Translations under genes and position numbers: made by a program
The notes under the pieces: model-generated
Told to the model about the DNA's origin: nothing
Seen by the model: only the letters and a program-made list of their open reading frames with translations
Database searches by the model: none
Part shown: in pieces, positions 1-11,100 of the stretch
Numbering within the stretch: the stretch's first letter is position 1
Layout: each line of letters begins with the position of its first letter
Assembly: GCA_000708835.1 (NCBI GenBank)
Contig: DF237672.1
Span: forward strand, 8,467-41,733
Reading direction: 5' to 3'
DNA: 33,267 nt
Origin: Klebsormidium nitens
Taxonomy: Eukaryota > Plantae > Klebsormidiophyceae

Positions 1-560
1 TACTTCATTTGCTTGCTGCCAACTAACATCTGAAATCCGGCAAAAAATTGGCCAATCCTCGCGCCACGTTACCTCGTCCCAAACACCGCGGTGAGCCGGA
101 ACACCCGCTACGGGTCTGGCCCGACCGGGTCTGAACGCGAGGCTGCAATTCCACCCGAAATATGGCATATAGCCTTGCAAGAAAGGGGTGCGCCCGGGAG
201 GCCCAATGTAAGGTCGCGCCAACTGGCCTCTTGCAATGCTTGATTGAGTTCTGCACCTAGCGTTCTTGCTTCGAAGTGGCCAAGTGGGCTAGCGGAGGCC
301 CTCCTCACTCATACAGTGATATCAAGTGCATGGTGTGGTCGGAAATGGTGCCATGTAGTCTATGTACGTGCTTTGGATTGCATGGAAGTGGACACTTTCC
401 CATTACCAAGACTCCATTATTCCCAGCAGAGAATGCGCAGCAGATTATCCTCCGGAACTGCTCACAAAGTGGGAGCATCAGGGATGCAATCAGAGAGTAA
501 AGTCGGGGAGCATCCATATTTGAAATTAAGGCCTCTTTGACAGCTCTCGCTAATACCAGG

Positions 561-2115
561 CTATCTTCCCCCTCGCTTCCACTTATCCACCTGTCCTAGC
601 TTTCCATCTAGCTGGCCAAAAGCTAACTCTATGTGAGTATGCGCAACGATCTGTACAGACCCCGTTTGTCCTCGTTCGGTCCCCAACTTTGCCTTTACTG
701 ACTTTGTATGCCGTGGAATAGGGCCCGTGACAAGACCACCCGGCACGATGTAGCAGAAATCTACGTCCACGGAATTAAGCTCGGCACCGCCCAGCCAAGG
801 CTTCACGTTGCTAATATGCATTGCAGTCTGGGTCGAGCGACGATGGTCGTGCGCTGACTCCAGTGTCATCTGAACTTTCGTGAGCCGCTCCACAGCCCCT
901 GCAAAATGGCATGGATGAGCTTGGATCAAACTTAGCCCGTCTCTTCACACAACCTTGGAATTGCAGACATTGCATCCGCACGTCTTGGCATCTAGCAACT
1001 CATTGAGGACCTTGGGTAGGTAGTGACGAAGCTGCTTGAAAGTTCACGGGTCCCACAGACAGTCAATACAAACCAGCAACACTTCGGATTTCTGTCGGGC
1101 GCTTGGTGGTACCACTTGACTGTATCGACTGGTCAATGACAGCAGGTAAGGGCCATAACCAGAAGCTCGTGAATGAGTAATTACCTTGCTGGTCCTTCGG
1201 CTTTTTGAACACCAGGATGGCCATATCCATGGCAGGGTAGAACGGCGTCCGAGGCACGAAGCAAGCAATCCGTGTTTCAAGTCCGCTCTTCCGGAAGTCC
1301 TCTTGTTCGGTCAGCACAGCAGAAGCCTCTGCGTCGCGGTCGAAAAACACCAATTTGGGATGCTCCGTCTTCTCCATCTTTAGCACAGCCTTGTAGCCCT
1401 GACCATCAATGATTGCGCCGCTGGCGCAGCGCTCCGTCAGAAGCCCAGCTACCGCCGGTACCCGCTCCCCCGCAAGCTCCTGGGACAGAGCGGCCCAGAC
1501 TGCTTGGTCACTGTAAAAGACAGCCCGACCTTGAACCTGCTCCACAAAGTGGGCGATCGCTTCTCGTACTAGCGGGTACGCTGGCCGCACTTTGCGCCCT
1601 TCTACCGCTACATGCCGTAAGTCGATGTCGTTCCAGCTGGTGAGACCGAAGTCCACAAACGAGTCCGTGTAAACCATCTTCTTCATCTGGTCTATCCACT
1701 TTTTGACATCGGCTGCCCCTTTCGCCTGTACCCTCTCATAGATGCGCTGCAAACTCAAGGTGATCTGCACCACCCGCTTGCACTCCAGGAATTTCTCCCA
1801 GGCTTTCCAGTCACGCTCTTCGGCAAGCTCCATCTTTCCTGTCCGCTCACTCTCAGCCACATGCTTGCTCTTCCCCCCCAGCGCACTCGTACCTGGCTCT
1901 TCTTCCTTCAACGGTTCCAATGGCCCCACTTGAAACGCTGGACTCTGCCCAAAGACTCGATACACTGAGTAGTCCGTTGGAGGCTCTCCGTAATAGGCCT
2001 CATACCAGTCCGCCAGGCACCCTGCTACTCCCCCCAACTTCTCCATCACAAGGCGTTGGACAGCCGGGGTGGTGCACTCTGTCCCGTAGATGACATCATA
2101 GGACTTCTGCTCCTC
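561..2115 (-). CDS. Two exons (2115-1185, 898-561) encoding a helical region and a restriction-endonuclease-like (PD-(D/E)xK-derived) C-terminal domain
   Basis: FVPRTPFYPAMDMAILVF (PxxxxxPxxD) is followed after splicing by KVQMTLESAH (QxT...H), the motif spacing typical of Crinkler-type REase domains. The phase-1 intron 1184-899 (G|gtaatt ... ttttgcag|GG) joins them in frame. Confidence 0.7.
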
Positions 2116-5100
2116 CTGCACGGGGCCACGTCCGATTAGAAGTTTTTAAGGGGAAAAATCTAAGCCTGCCCTAATCTGATGGAGGTACCGCATCCCTGAC
2201 CCTGACCTCGAAGAGCTCGTTAGGAGAAGCTTAGGGACTGAGGCTGTTACTCAATCTAGCCATGAGACAACTGGCAGCATTTTCTGATAACCACTCAAGC
2301 AAGACTCCTCCTCCACCAGAACAAACGTGGACACTAAAGAGGCCCCTCTGCGCACTCATGCAGGTGTATACACCTAAACATCTACTTAGTCAAGGAAAGC
2401 ACAATCCTTACTTGAAGAAAACAAGGTCTAAATGCCCAGACTCATCTTGAGTTTGAACGTAGAGAGAGCGGTTCAGGAGATACATCAACTAAATCAGAGC
2501 GCATTCGAAAGGATATCAAAGATCTTGACTGCATACCTGACTCAAACCAGAGTGCACCGGGAACATGCTCGCCTGGGCATGTAGTGTCTCGTTTTCTGTT
2601 GTGAGCTCCTCACCCCCTGCGCTCGTCACCACTATTGTCCTGAAATGGTAAAGCCGGGCATCTAACTCCTGTTTGGCCTCCGATTCTCTTTCGAGCTCCT
2701 GGTACTGATCCAAGCAGAAGAGAATCTCCTCCTCCCTCCCGCTGAGAAATCCCTTCACGTCTCGCATCGATTCGAGGTTTGCGATGGTTTCAACAGTATT
2801 CTCTTCCCCAGAATATGCCCATGCAAGGGCCTGCTTCATCGCCTCAACTCTATCCGCCTTAAAGAAGGCACAGTCCAGGAGGGGCGCCACCCGCTGCTGC
2901 TTTGTTTCCAACGCTGCTGTGAGGTAGATGATAAGTTGCAGGAGGAGGTGTGTTTTGCCAAACCCTGCAGGCCCGTGCATGAGGATCCTCCGCCCACCGC
3001 CCGGCAGCTTCCCCTCCATAAGCTTGATCGCACGATCTACCAAACCCCTGAAATGGGAGCGCCCCATCACCGCAACTCCGAGTTTCTGCTCTGCCTTCAG
3101 CACTAGAAAACGCAAATCCCTTACACCCAAAGGTTTTGCCTGCGGCAGGATGCTCCAGCCAATCTCGAAGACGTCCTTTTCCGCTTCTCCTGCTTGCTCA
3201 AGTTCCAATTTCCTTCTTTTCACCAGACCCTTCGCAAGAACCCCAATGTCTGATGTGGCAAGGCACGTGGAACGTTTCAAGCTGGGTTTAGCGTGGCTGG
3301 ATGGATCCCCTGCAGAGCACCAAGCCTTTGGTCAGGTCGAGCTTGTCTGGAAACAGCATACTATTCAGACTTCCCTGTAGGTGCATGCTTTGGAAGATAG
3401 GTTTAAACCATGTGTATCACCTCAAGGAAACACTCGATGCAACAAGCAGCCCACAGATCGCAGACTCTATGAGGCACGTGTTCAGACTTAGCCACAATGC
3501 AGGCATTGCTTGTCAGAAGAGCGGCTTGTGGGCAGAGTCGATACCAGACAATAGCAAAAGGCAGCCACATCAGCAGAAACCCCAGAAGAGAGACAAGAGC
3601 CAGGTACTTGGAATGGTGCTGGGTTGCTAGACCTATTTTGAATTGTCGATCGTGCACAAGAAAGTAAGGCGGCAAGCGCAAGCGGCAAAGCAACCTCAAG
3701 AAGCACTCTGCAGAAACAAGTATACCGTAACGCAAGAGCACAGAAGATGAGCGGCAGAACTCACGAGTCTGGTTCCCCTTATCAGCATCCTGCCGCTCCA
3801 TATCCCTAGAGTGGCCCGCATGTGCATCCTGACTCCTCTTGACAACTGCGCAGCAGAAAGATAAGCAGATCTGGGTCTCGTGTCCATACGCTCTTGAGGC
3901 AGCAAGCAAAAGTGAAGTCCAACTGTGGAGACCCTAGCCTTTGAAAGATTGCATGAGGGTGACGGCTGACAAGCACCCTAGTGCTCATGAGTTGCACCTG
4001 GTCTGCACAGCAAACCACTTTCTAGTTAAGAGCAACACAGCTTCTGCTAGGACACACCCCATGTCTGCCATGCACTAATGTCCTTAACAAGATCGACAAA
4101 GAAGCGACTATATCACCTGGCAACACCTGCCAATCAGCAGAAGTCCCCTGTCATGCCATCTTCTCCAAGCTTCCCCGCCGCTACATGCTAAAGCACAGTA
4201 ATATACAGCTCAAGTCTCATTTACCACAACCTCTGATTTTGCTGGTCAAACAGGCTCCCCAGTAGCTAGCATACTAAATCTTACAGAGGGAATTGCTTAC
4301 TTGGAACTGCTCTGAGGAAGACACTCCAGCCATCTACCCACTCCCCTGGGCCTTCGTACTCGGCTCTCCATTGGGTCAGAAACTCCTTCCGGTCTTCACG
4401 ATCCGTTGCTTTCCAGTCTGCCACGTCGACTTCCTTCCGCATTAGGTGGTCCAGCAGCGCGGTACTAATCTTCTTTTCCGGAAAAGCTTCCCGCCAACCT
4501 TGTGCAATCTGTGGTAGGAAGACATTGAAGATCAGCACAACAATGAGCAGCCCGCTCTTTGATAGCATGGACACTGTGAAGAGACACGAAGTTGCTGCCT
4601 GATGCTCGAGTCCTCAACTGCAGGATTTCCCCTGTCCAGGCTCACCTCCTCTGCAGTAGGTCCCGGGTTGCGTTCGACTCCGCCAATCATGAGGAGCGTC
4701 GCTGCATGGGAGGACGCCACGTTCAGATGCTACATGTGCGCCGCGCTGGCCTCGTCCAACAGCAATCAGCAGTTTCCAAACAAGACATATCAGATACATC
4801 GTAGAAGCCCAAGTGCTTTACACATGTTTGCATGTTCAAAGGAAGGCCACCTGCTTCACAAGCGGACTGCAGATCCAAAGCTGCTATTGCAATGCCTTAC
4901 CTATGAGCGACTGGCTCATGGGTGTCGAAGCCCAAACCCCCTTCCTCTGGAATCCTTTCCAAGCTGCAGGCGGAAACAGTAGAATTTTTCTTGCAGTCAC
5001 TATTGAGTCGTGTGTCCATGCCAGCAGAAGGAGCCATAACGCATTAGCGGCATTACCGGGGACTTGCTGCCCTTGATTTGTGTACAAGAGAACAACCAAC

Positions 5101-6303
5101 CAGTTGAGTCAGATTGCGCCAAACACTCACTTGATGTCGGTTTTGCAGTGAACGAGGCCCCTCCAAGTCCCCGCAGCTCTGCTTCCAATGTCCTCTCCTG
5201 TGCTCTCAGGCGGCGCATCTCTCGGTCCTCTGCCCATGCTGCAGGAGCATGCAGAGCAGGTAAATTTCTCGACAGTCTTTCTAAAGGCTCATCGCTGACC
5301 AATGGGAGAGCAGCTATGAGCGTTGCATGAGATTTAGACCATGTCAATAGCAGGCTCCCCAAATGCTCTCACCTGCGCGGTCTCGGTCGACTCGAAAGCA
5401 ACCACATGACGTGGCGTGCGCTCTGCACGTGTACTTGACGCTGCCCCCCTCCTTGCCTCCCCTCAGCCCAAACTCTGCAATGGCGCCACAAGCTTGGCAG
5501 TGAAGACTGTGCAAGTCTGCAATGAAGAAGTGCATAGGTTGGGTATTGCACCTGGACTCAAACTTGGAGATGCAAGCAAGACTTAGTGCGTGCACCTGCT
5601 TTTGCAGTCATGTCTCTTTCGCAGTGGGTTGGAGGTTTGTGATTGCCAACATGTACCAAGAATTGGCCTTTTATACTCTAAAGAGAAAGAGGCTGATCTT
5701 GGTACCCCGCAAGGACGGCCATACCCGCTAAGACTCCTCAAGGACTTTGTACTTGACAGCACGTACCAATAATCAGGCTTTTATACTCTAAAGAGAAAAA
5801 GGCTGTTCTGGTACACCCCACCCATCACAGAAAAGACGCTCTTCTTGGTACATCACTGCAGGCGCACCCTTCACTTTTCTGATGGACGCTAAAGTTGCAG
5901 CGCACCGCGTCCCAGCTTCTGCCTGGCCCCTGCTTGACAAGTCAAAACACTCCACCTAGAAGCACATGCACCAGAACTCACCTCTTTCTGCGGCTTTGCC
6001 AAGCGTTTTCCCAAGGCGCTCATTTGCTTTCTTCTTTCCACTTCCAGACGCTTTGCAAGACCCGCGCTGTGCTGACCCACAAGCAGTCCATGCCTCTTTC
6101 TTCCGACCACTGGACTTCTGGCTTCTTCGTTTCTGAGGGGCATCTTGAACATCGCACTCAGCGTTCACAGCAGCAATGCGCGCCTCCTGCTGCTCAGCGC
6201 TGATGCTAATCCGCTCCCTGTACTCAGCAGCTTGCTCGTACCGAGCTGCCTGACACACCCGGTGATCAGACTTGGACCGGCCATGAGGCCGGCCTCTTGC
6301 CAT
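561..6303 (-). CDS. Crinkler/RHS-type effector-like protein (basic N-terminal region - 2A-like peptide - SAM-like header - P-loop NTPase - REase-like nuclease); 10 coding exons, about 973 aa
   Basis: Hand-built exons (minus): 6303-5982, 5474-5373, 5238-5131, 4963-4901, 4701-4646, 4508-4301, 3845-3765, 3249-2537, 2115-1185, 898-561. All introns are GT..AG and intron phases (1,1,1,1,0,1,1,0,1) match at every junction, giving 2922 nt of open frame ending in TAG. The ATG at 6303 has a good context (ATC ATG G). The last three exons are best supported; the first four are less certain. Confidence 0.7.
2537..3249 (-). CDS. Exon encoding the P-loop NTPase domain (CR-NTPase-like) of the gene above
   Basis: Walker A RRILMHGPAGFGKTHLL (2974-2951) and Walker B-like EEILFCLDQY in the 2516..3280 ORF. 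Acceptor ccacatcag at 3250, donor CAG|gtatgc at 2536. Confidence 0.85.
4658..4701 (-). other. 2A/StopGo-like ribosomal skipping motif (A)TLLMIGGVERNPG|P
   Basis: GGC GGA GTC GAA CGC AAC CCG GGA CCT at 4684-4658 matches (V/I)ExNPGP, with G instead of the canonical D and a hydrophobic run upstream. It lies in a 56-nt exon (tcctcccatgcag| ... GAG|gtgagc) that is in frame with the NTPase-REase exons. Confidence 0.7.
5650..5819. repeat. Two-copy direct repeat (about 58 bp, period about 110 bp) in an intron
   Basis: cttttatactctaaagagaaa(g/a)aggctg at 5668-5695 and 5778-5805, with similar flanks (gtaccaa...). Confidence 0.85.
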
Positions 6304-8155
6304 GATGACAAAATTCAAGAACCAGCTTTCCGGCACCTGCAAGGTCAAGAGGTAGGTAACTAAAGAGTGAATCACTAGTTTCTCTCAACGAACATTCGCA
6401 GGCACCACTTCTGATGCATTTGCAATTCCACTGCGTATGCAACTCCATCAGTGCGCACTCATGAAGAATCAGGGGTTGTTTCCCTTCAGCGCGCACTCAT
6501 GAAGAATAAGAGGAACAACCCCTAAAATCACAACTAGATTGCTCAGTTGCGTACTTGGCAACTTCCATATGCTGTGTCATCCTGATGCCTTTGAAGGCTG
6601 CTCATAACAGGCCAAGAGCAAAAGTGACCTGATAACTATAAAAACAGCATGCAGTTTTGGCATAACCAGCGCCACGCTTATGATGGTTTCTAGAGCTCTC
6701 AGAGGGTCTTGATAGCGCTGCGCGCCTTTTCCAAATGCTGAAGATTGTGGCAAGGGCCACCCGATTCCACAGACTTACGTCTTCTTAGATCAGACAGAAG
6801 CGGCAGAGCCAATCTATGCCTGACACACTATTCTAAAGTACAAGAGCATCTAGAGGCAACCAGGGAGCAACTTACCTCTTCTACAACATTCTCAGGAGCA
6901 CCTCAGGGATGCGCCAACACAGCAGCCCAACAAAATGCCTCCCTCCTGTTCATATCAATTGCCGGCCAACCTGAAAACGGTGAGCCACACCAACCTGCCC
7001 TGCAGCCCGCCCGCTCTTAGCTCTGTCAGCCCACAACAGGAGGCCTAAACCTATAGGGAAGCCGCTACGCGCTCAGAAAAAGAGCCAGGAAAGAGAGTGA
7101 GCTGGAACTTCCGACTTCCTGAATGGGAACGGGCTGTGACTACTTGGTAACGGCATGGCCTGAGCCCCTACGACAAGCAAAGGACCATTGCCGAGCGTTT
7201 GACAAACGGGAGGGTCCGGCAGATACTTGACCCTGATATAGGCGGCTGGATGGCTCCATAGCCTATGAGGTGGCTGTCCGCACACCAAGTGTGCCATCGA
7301 CGGTCCGAGAAGACTTGGCAGTGCCCCCACGGAATTCGACGGCATAGTGAATTCCGCGGCATTGCGTTATTGCGTGACCCCCGCCGAATCCAGCAACCGC
7401 GCCGCTCCGCGCGCCAGTCTACCATAAGTCTGAAACGTTATATGGGAACTTTTCTCCATTTTCCTGTACGTTTTATCGTCGAACGTCGGGCATTCGAGCA
7501 AGGTCGAAGAACCTCGATTGCCAGGGCCGCGTCGCGGCGTCGTACAGTGCCGAAATCGGCGAACCCTATGTCTCCCCAAGCCAATATACGGTAGGTAGGT
7601 GCCAATTGTATATATCCAGCGTAGAAAAGCAATTGTCCGCTTTAGCGGCGCATACATATGATAATAATACTACTAGTCAGAGTCATGTGACAGTGTGCTA
7701 CATATACAGTGCATGTGCATGGTCCAAAACAGTTGTTACGCGATGCACAGCCTCGATGTCGTGTAGCTAGCCGGCAGAAGGCCCCAGTTCGTTTTAGAAC
7801 CACTCGCAAAAAGAGGGCGAGTGAGACTTTGAGGCGGCAATCCCGCTGTACTAAGATCCTGGCGAACTTACATGCAATGAGAATCCAAGCGTCATCACAT
7901 AAGCAGCCGCATGCAGTTCGTACAACTTTGCATGACAAGGTATGATATAGAAAGTCAGCCACGTCGACTAGCTGAGCGACGATTGCATGCCGGATGCACT
8001 AAGCTAGCATTACCTATGCACACTGTTGTTAAGATGGTCGATCATACTAATTGACAATGAAGCAGGGCATCAACCTGACCATCGAGGTGCCAATCAAATT
8101 TTAAATGTACATCAACGCTGAGCCAAGATGGAGAGCCGTTCCCTTCTTCGACGAC

Positions 8156-11100
8156 TCATCTAGGCACCTTGCGGCTCAACACCCTTGCCGGTCTTTTGTC
8201 GGTCACGCTATATGTACCCCTTTCTCCAGAGGCCAAGATAATCCGACCCCACTGCCATTGCTTATCTTCGAGCTCTTGCAACAATCGTTCTACGTCGCGC
8301 TCGGCCCGCCGCCGGCTCTCTCTCAATGCGTCCGACTCGCACTCGACCTGCATGCTCGTCTCAACTTCCTGACCAGCTGCGCTTGCATGTATACTTCCTT
8401 TCCTCTTGTGCGGGTTGTTTCCTAGTAATACATTTTGCTTTTGGCTGGTGCTTTCCACCGGCCGCCCAGACCCGCTTGCCTCCTCGGCCATGAGCGACCG
8501 GTAATGGCACGCCTGGAGGACCCCAGTGATGACGTCGGTGGCTTCCGCGTCCTCACGGAGGGACAGGACAATGTCGGGCTGCACGTAACAACAACAGAGA
8601 GTCAGCTCTAGCCTTGATTTCAAAAGTCTTACTGGTCCAATAAATCTTCGCATCAGGCCGATTTCAATAAAACGGCAAGGAACGAGGTCTAGATGCTAAG
8701 CGGTTGACTGCCTTCGACCACGCACAGCCTGAGCATACCAGGAGGTTGCTCTCTTTTCAAGCGCCACTTCTCTGCTTCTTTTCGCTTGTCCACTGATCGT
8801 GTCGGTTGGGATGCTGAACCCACACATATCATGAATGAGAAAGCTCAGAAAACCAATCAGAAAGACTAACAGCCCCGGAAATTTTCCATATTGAAGGGTC
8901 TGAACGGGGAATGCTTTATTTGTTCCACCGTTCCAAGAATCTATTAGAACCACTGAGGTCGAACGAGAATGTAAGCAAGATCCCTTCGATCTCGTCGTCC
9001 TATCCACGCCACAACGTGCCGCACTAAGTCGCAAACATACTCACCTTTCTGTGGGTGAACGGCAGCCGTCCCCGCCCCTTTCTCCGGGGCTGTATCAAGT
9101 ACTTCTGACTTCGATGCCGCTCCAGCAACTCCCCCAGCCCCTCAACGCTCGCGGCCGCTTTCCGCAGGGGGAGGATGCGCAGGGGGAGTGCGCCGTTATG
9201 GATAGGCGTCGGCAGGAGCAGGTTTTCGGCGTCGCTGACTTGCTTCTGGTCGGGGACGCTTCCCGTGCGCAGCCAGTGGTCCACGATGATCTCTGTGCGC
9301 TCCTGAGACGAGAGAAAAAATCAACTTCGTCAAAAGGCAGAATCGGACAGTCAAAGTCTGCAGCAAAGAAAGCCGTCTGAATCGAGTCCGACACAACCTT
9401 CAAGGAAGGAAGCAATCACACAACAAATAAAGAGAGATGGAAAGGGAGCGGAAAAGAGAGGAAGGACAACGAAGAGGGGGACTGGGTGAGAGACAGAAGA
9501 GCGCTACGTACAGGAACCCACAAGACTGGAAAATGAGTCATTTGACGATACCAAATTCTGGAAACGATTGAAAAGAATGTCTCTTTTATCGGAATTTGAA
9601 ACAGATCCCATCAAAGTTCACGTACCTTATTGAGCGTGCGCAGGTGCACTGACTTGAGCTCCTGCCGGATGGCGAACAGGTCCATGGCAGCAATGACGGG
9701 GAACGTGACCAGCGGGATGAGCGACCGCATCTTCTCGTTCTGCCCGCACGCCGAGCTCAGCCCGACAGCGATGGCAAGCCCGATGTTGTCGGCAACCACC
9801 GTTTGAGCCTGCACAAAAAGATATGCGAACGGTTCTTGCTTCGATTCGGCACGATATTTTGTACGCAAGTCGACAAACAGATTGCAAAGAGGCCAACTCT
9901 CAGTCCAGACCCCTCGTCTTGAGTATAGTCCCCTTGTAAACTGAGGGAAAAAACGTAAGAGATCGAGGCAGTGCTCGTGAAGCAGTCCGGTCGCAATACG
10001 GCCCGACGACGCTGAAGTGCCCGTCCGTCCATTGTAACGTGGCAAAGGGACCCTACACTATCAGCGGCAGCTGGCGCGCAGTCCTTTCTTTCAAGCTTCA
10101 GATCGAACGCAGAAAAACCTTTCCTTTGTTCAGTTTTTCTTTTCTTACTCTACTCTGTTGAAAAATTTTCCTGGCCGCAACCACCGCGGTAAGACCCTGA
10201 GGCCTGCGTTTGCCCTCGAGAACAACTTCGTCGACCGCTCTTTGAACTCCGATCCGATGAAGCCGTGTGTCAGAATGACTCCAGGCCTTTCAGCCTGGGT
10301 CAGCTGGCAAAGTGCAGCAACACTTTTTGCCTCGAGCACGGGATATTGAACCGAACGGAACAGAACAGAAAGGAACGTAAAACGGCCGCTATCTCACCTA
10401 ACCCCTGGCAACAATGTCTGCGAGGTTTCCTCCAAAGCGACGCTCTTGAGTCAGCTTGTGCTCTCCGTTCCCTTTTTCTCGCCAGGCCCTTGACCGAGAT
10501 GTCTACAAAGTTTTCCACCAGCGCAAAGCTCTTGCGGATGCTGAGGCTCGTAGAGACGACGACTGAAACTTTGAACAGGAAGGAACCAATCGAACGAAAC
10601 AGCCGTTGGTCTCACCTGGCCTTTGGCGGAGATGTCTGCGAGGTTGTCCCCCAGTGCGAGGCTTTTGTGAATGCTGGGGCTCGTGGAGACGACGTGCAAA
10701 ACATCGAACAGAGCGGAACCAAATTGAACGGAACAGACGAATGCAACGGAACAGCCGTTCCCTCACTGGCCCTCGGCCGAGGTGTCTGCGAGGTTCTCCC
10801 CCAGCGCAAAGCTCTTGGTGCTAGGGCTCGAGGAGACGCCGCGCGGAAGATTGGACGGAACGGGAACAAACGGAACGGAACGGAACACAAACCAAAAACC
10901 TTTTTCTCTCACCTGACCCTTGGCGGAGATGTGTGCGAGGTTTTCCCCCAGAGCAACGCTTTTGTAGATGCTGGGGCTCGTGGAGACGACGCACAGAACG
11001 AAGACAAACAGAACGAAACGGAATACAAGGAGGAAAACCTTTCGTCTCACCTGACCCTTGGCGGAAATGTCTGCGAGGTTTTCCCCCAAGGCAAAGCTCT

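Noticed and set aside
23-540. Short ORFs at the window start
   Set aside because: No recognisable product, and context is truncated by the window edge.
5889-6152. Alternative frame MFKMPLRNEE...LAKRLEVERRKQ as the start of the effector gene
   Set aside because: It leaves the 5982 donor in phase 0 and hits TGA four codons into the next exon. At most it is an upstream ORF.
6450-6525. Short direct repeat gcgcactcatgaagaat x2 with a small inverted pair
   Set aside because: Only two copies and no spacer pattern. It is not a CRISPR array, and the window is eukaryotic.
7050-8000. CpG-rich block with several overlapping 64-109 aa ORFs; possible transposon
   Set aside because: No transposase or RT motif and no convincing terminal repeats. 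It could simply be the promoter/intergenic region between two genes.
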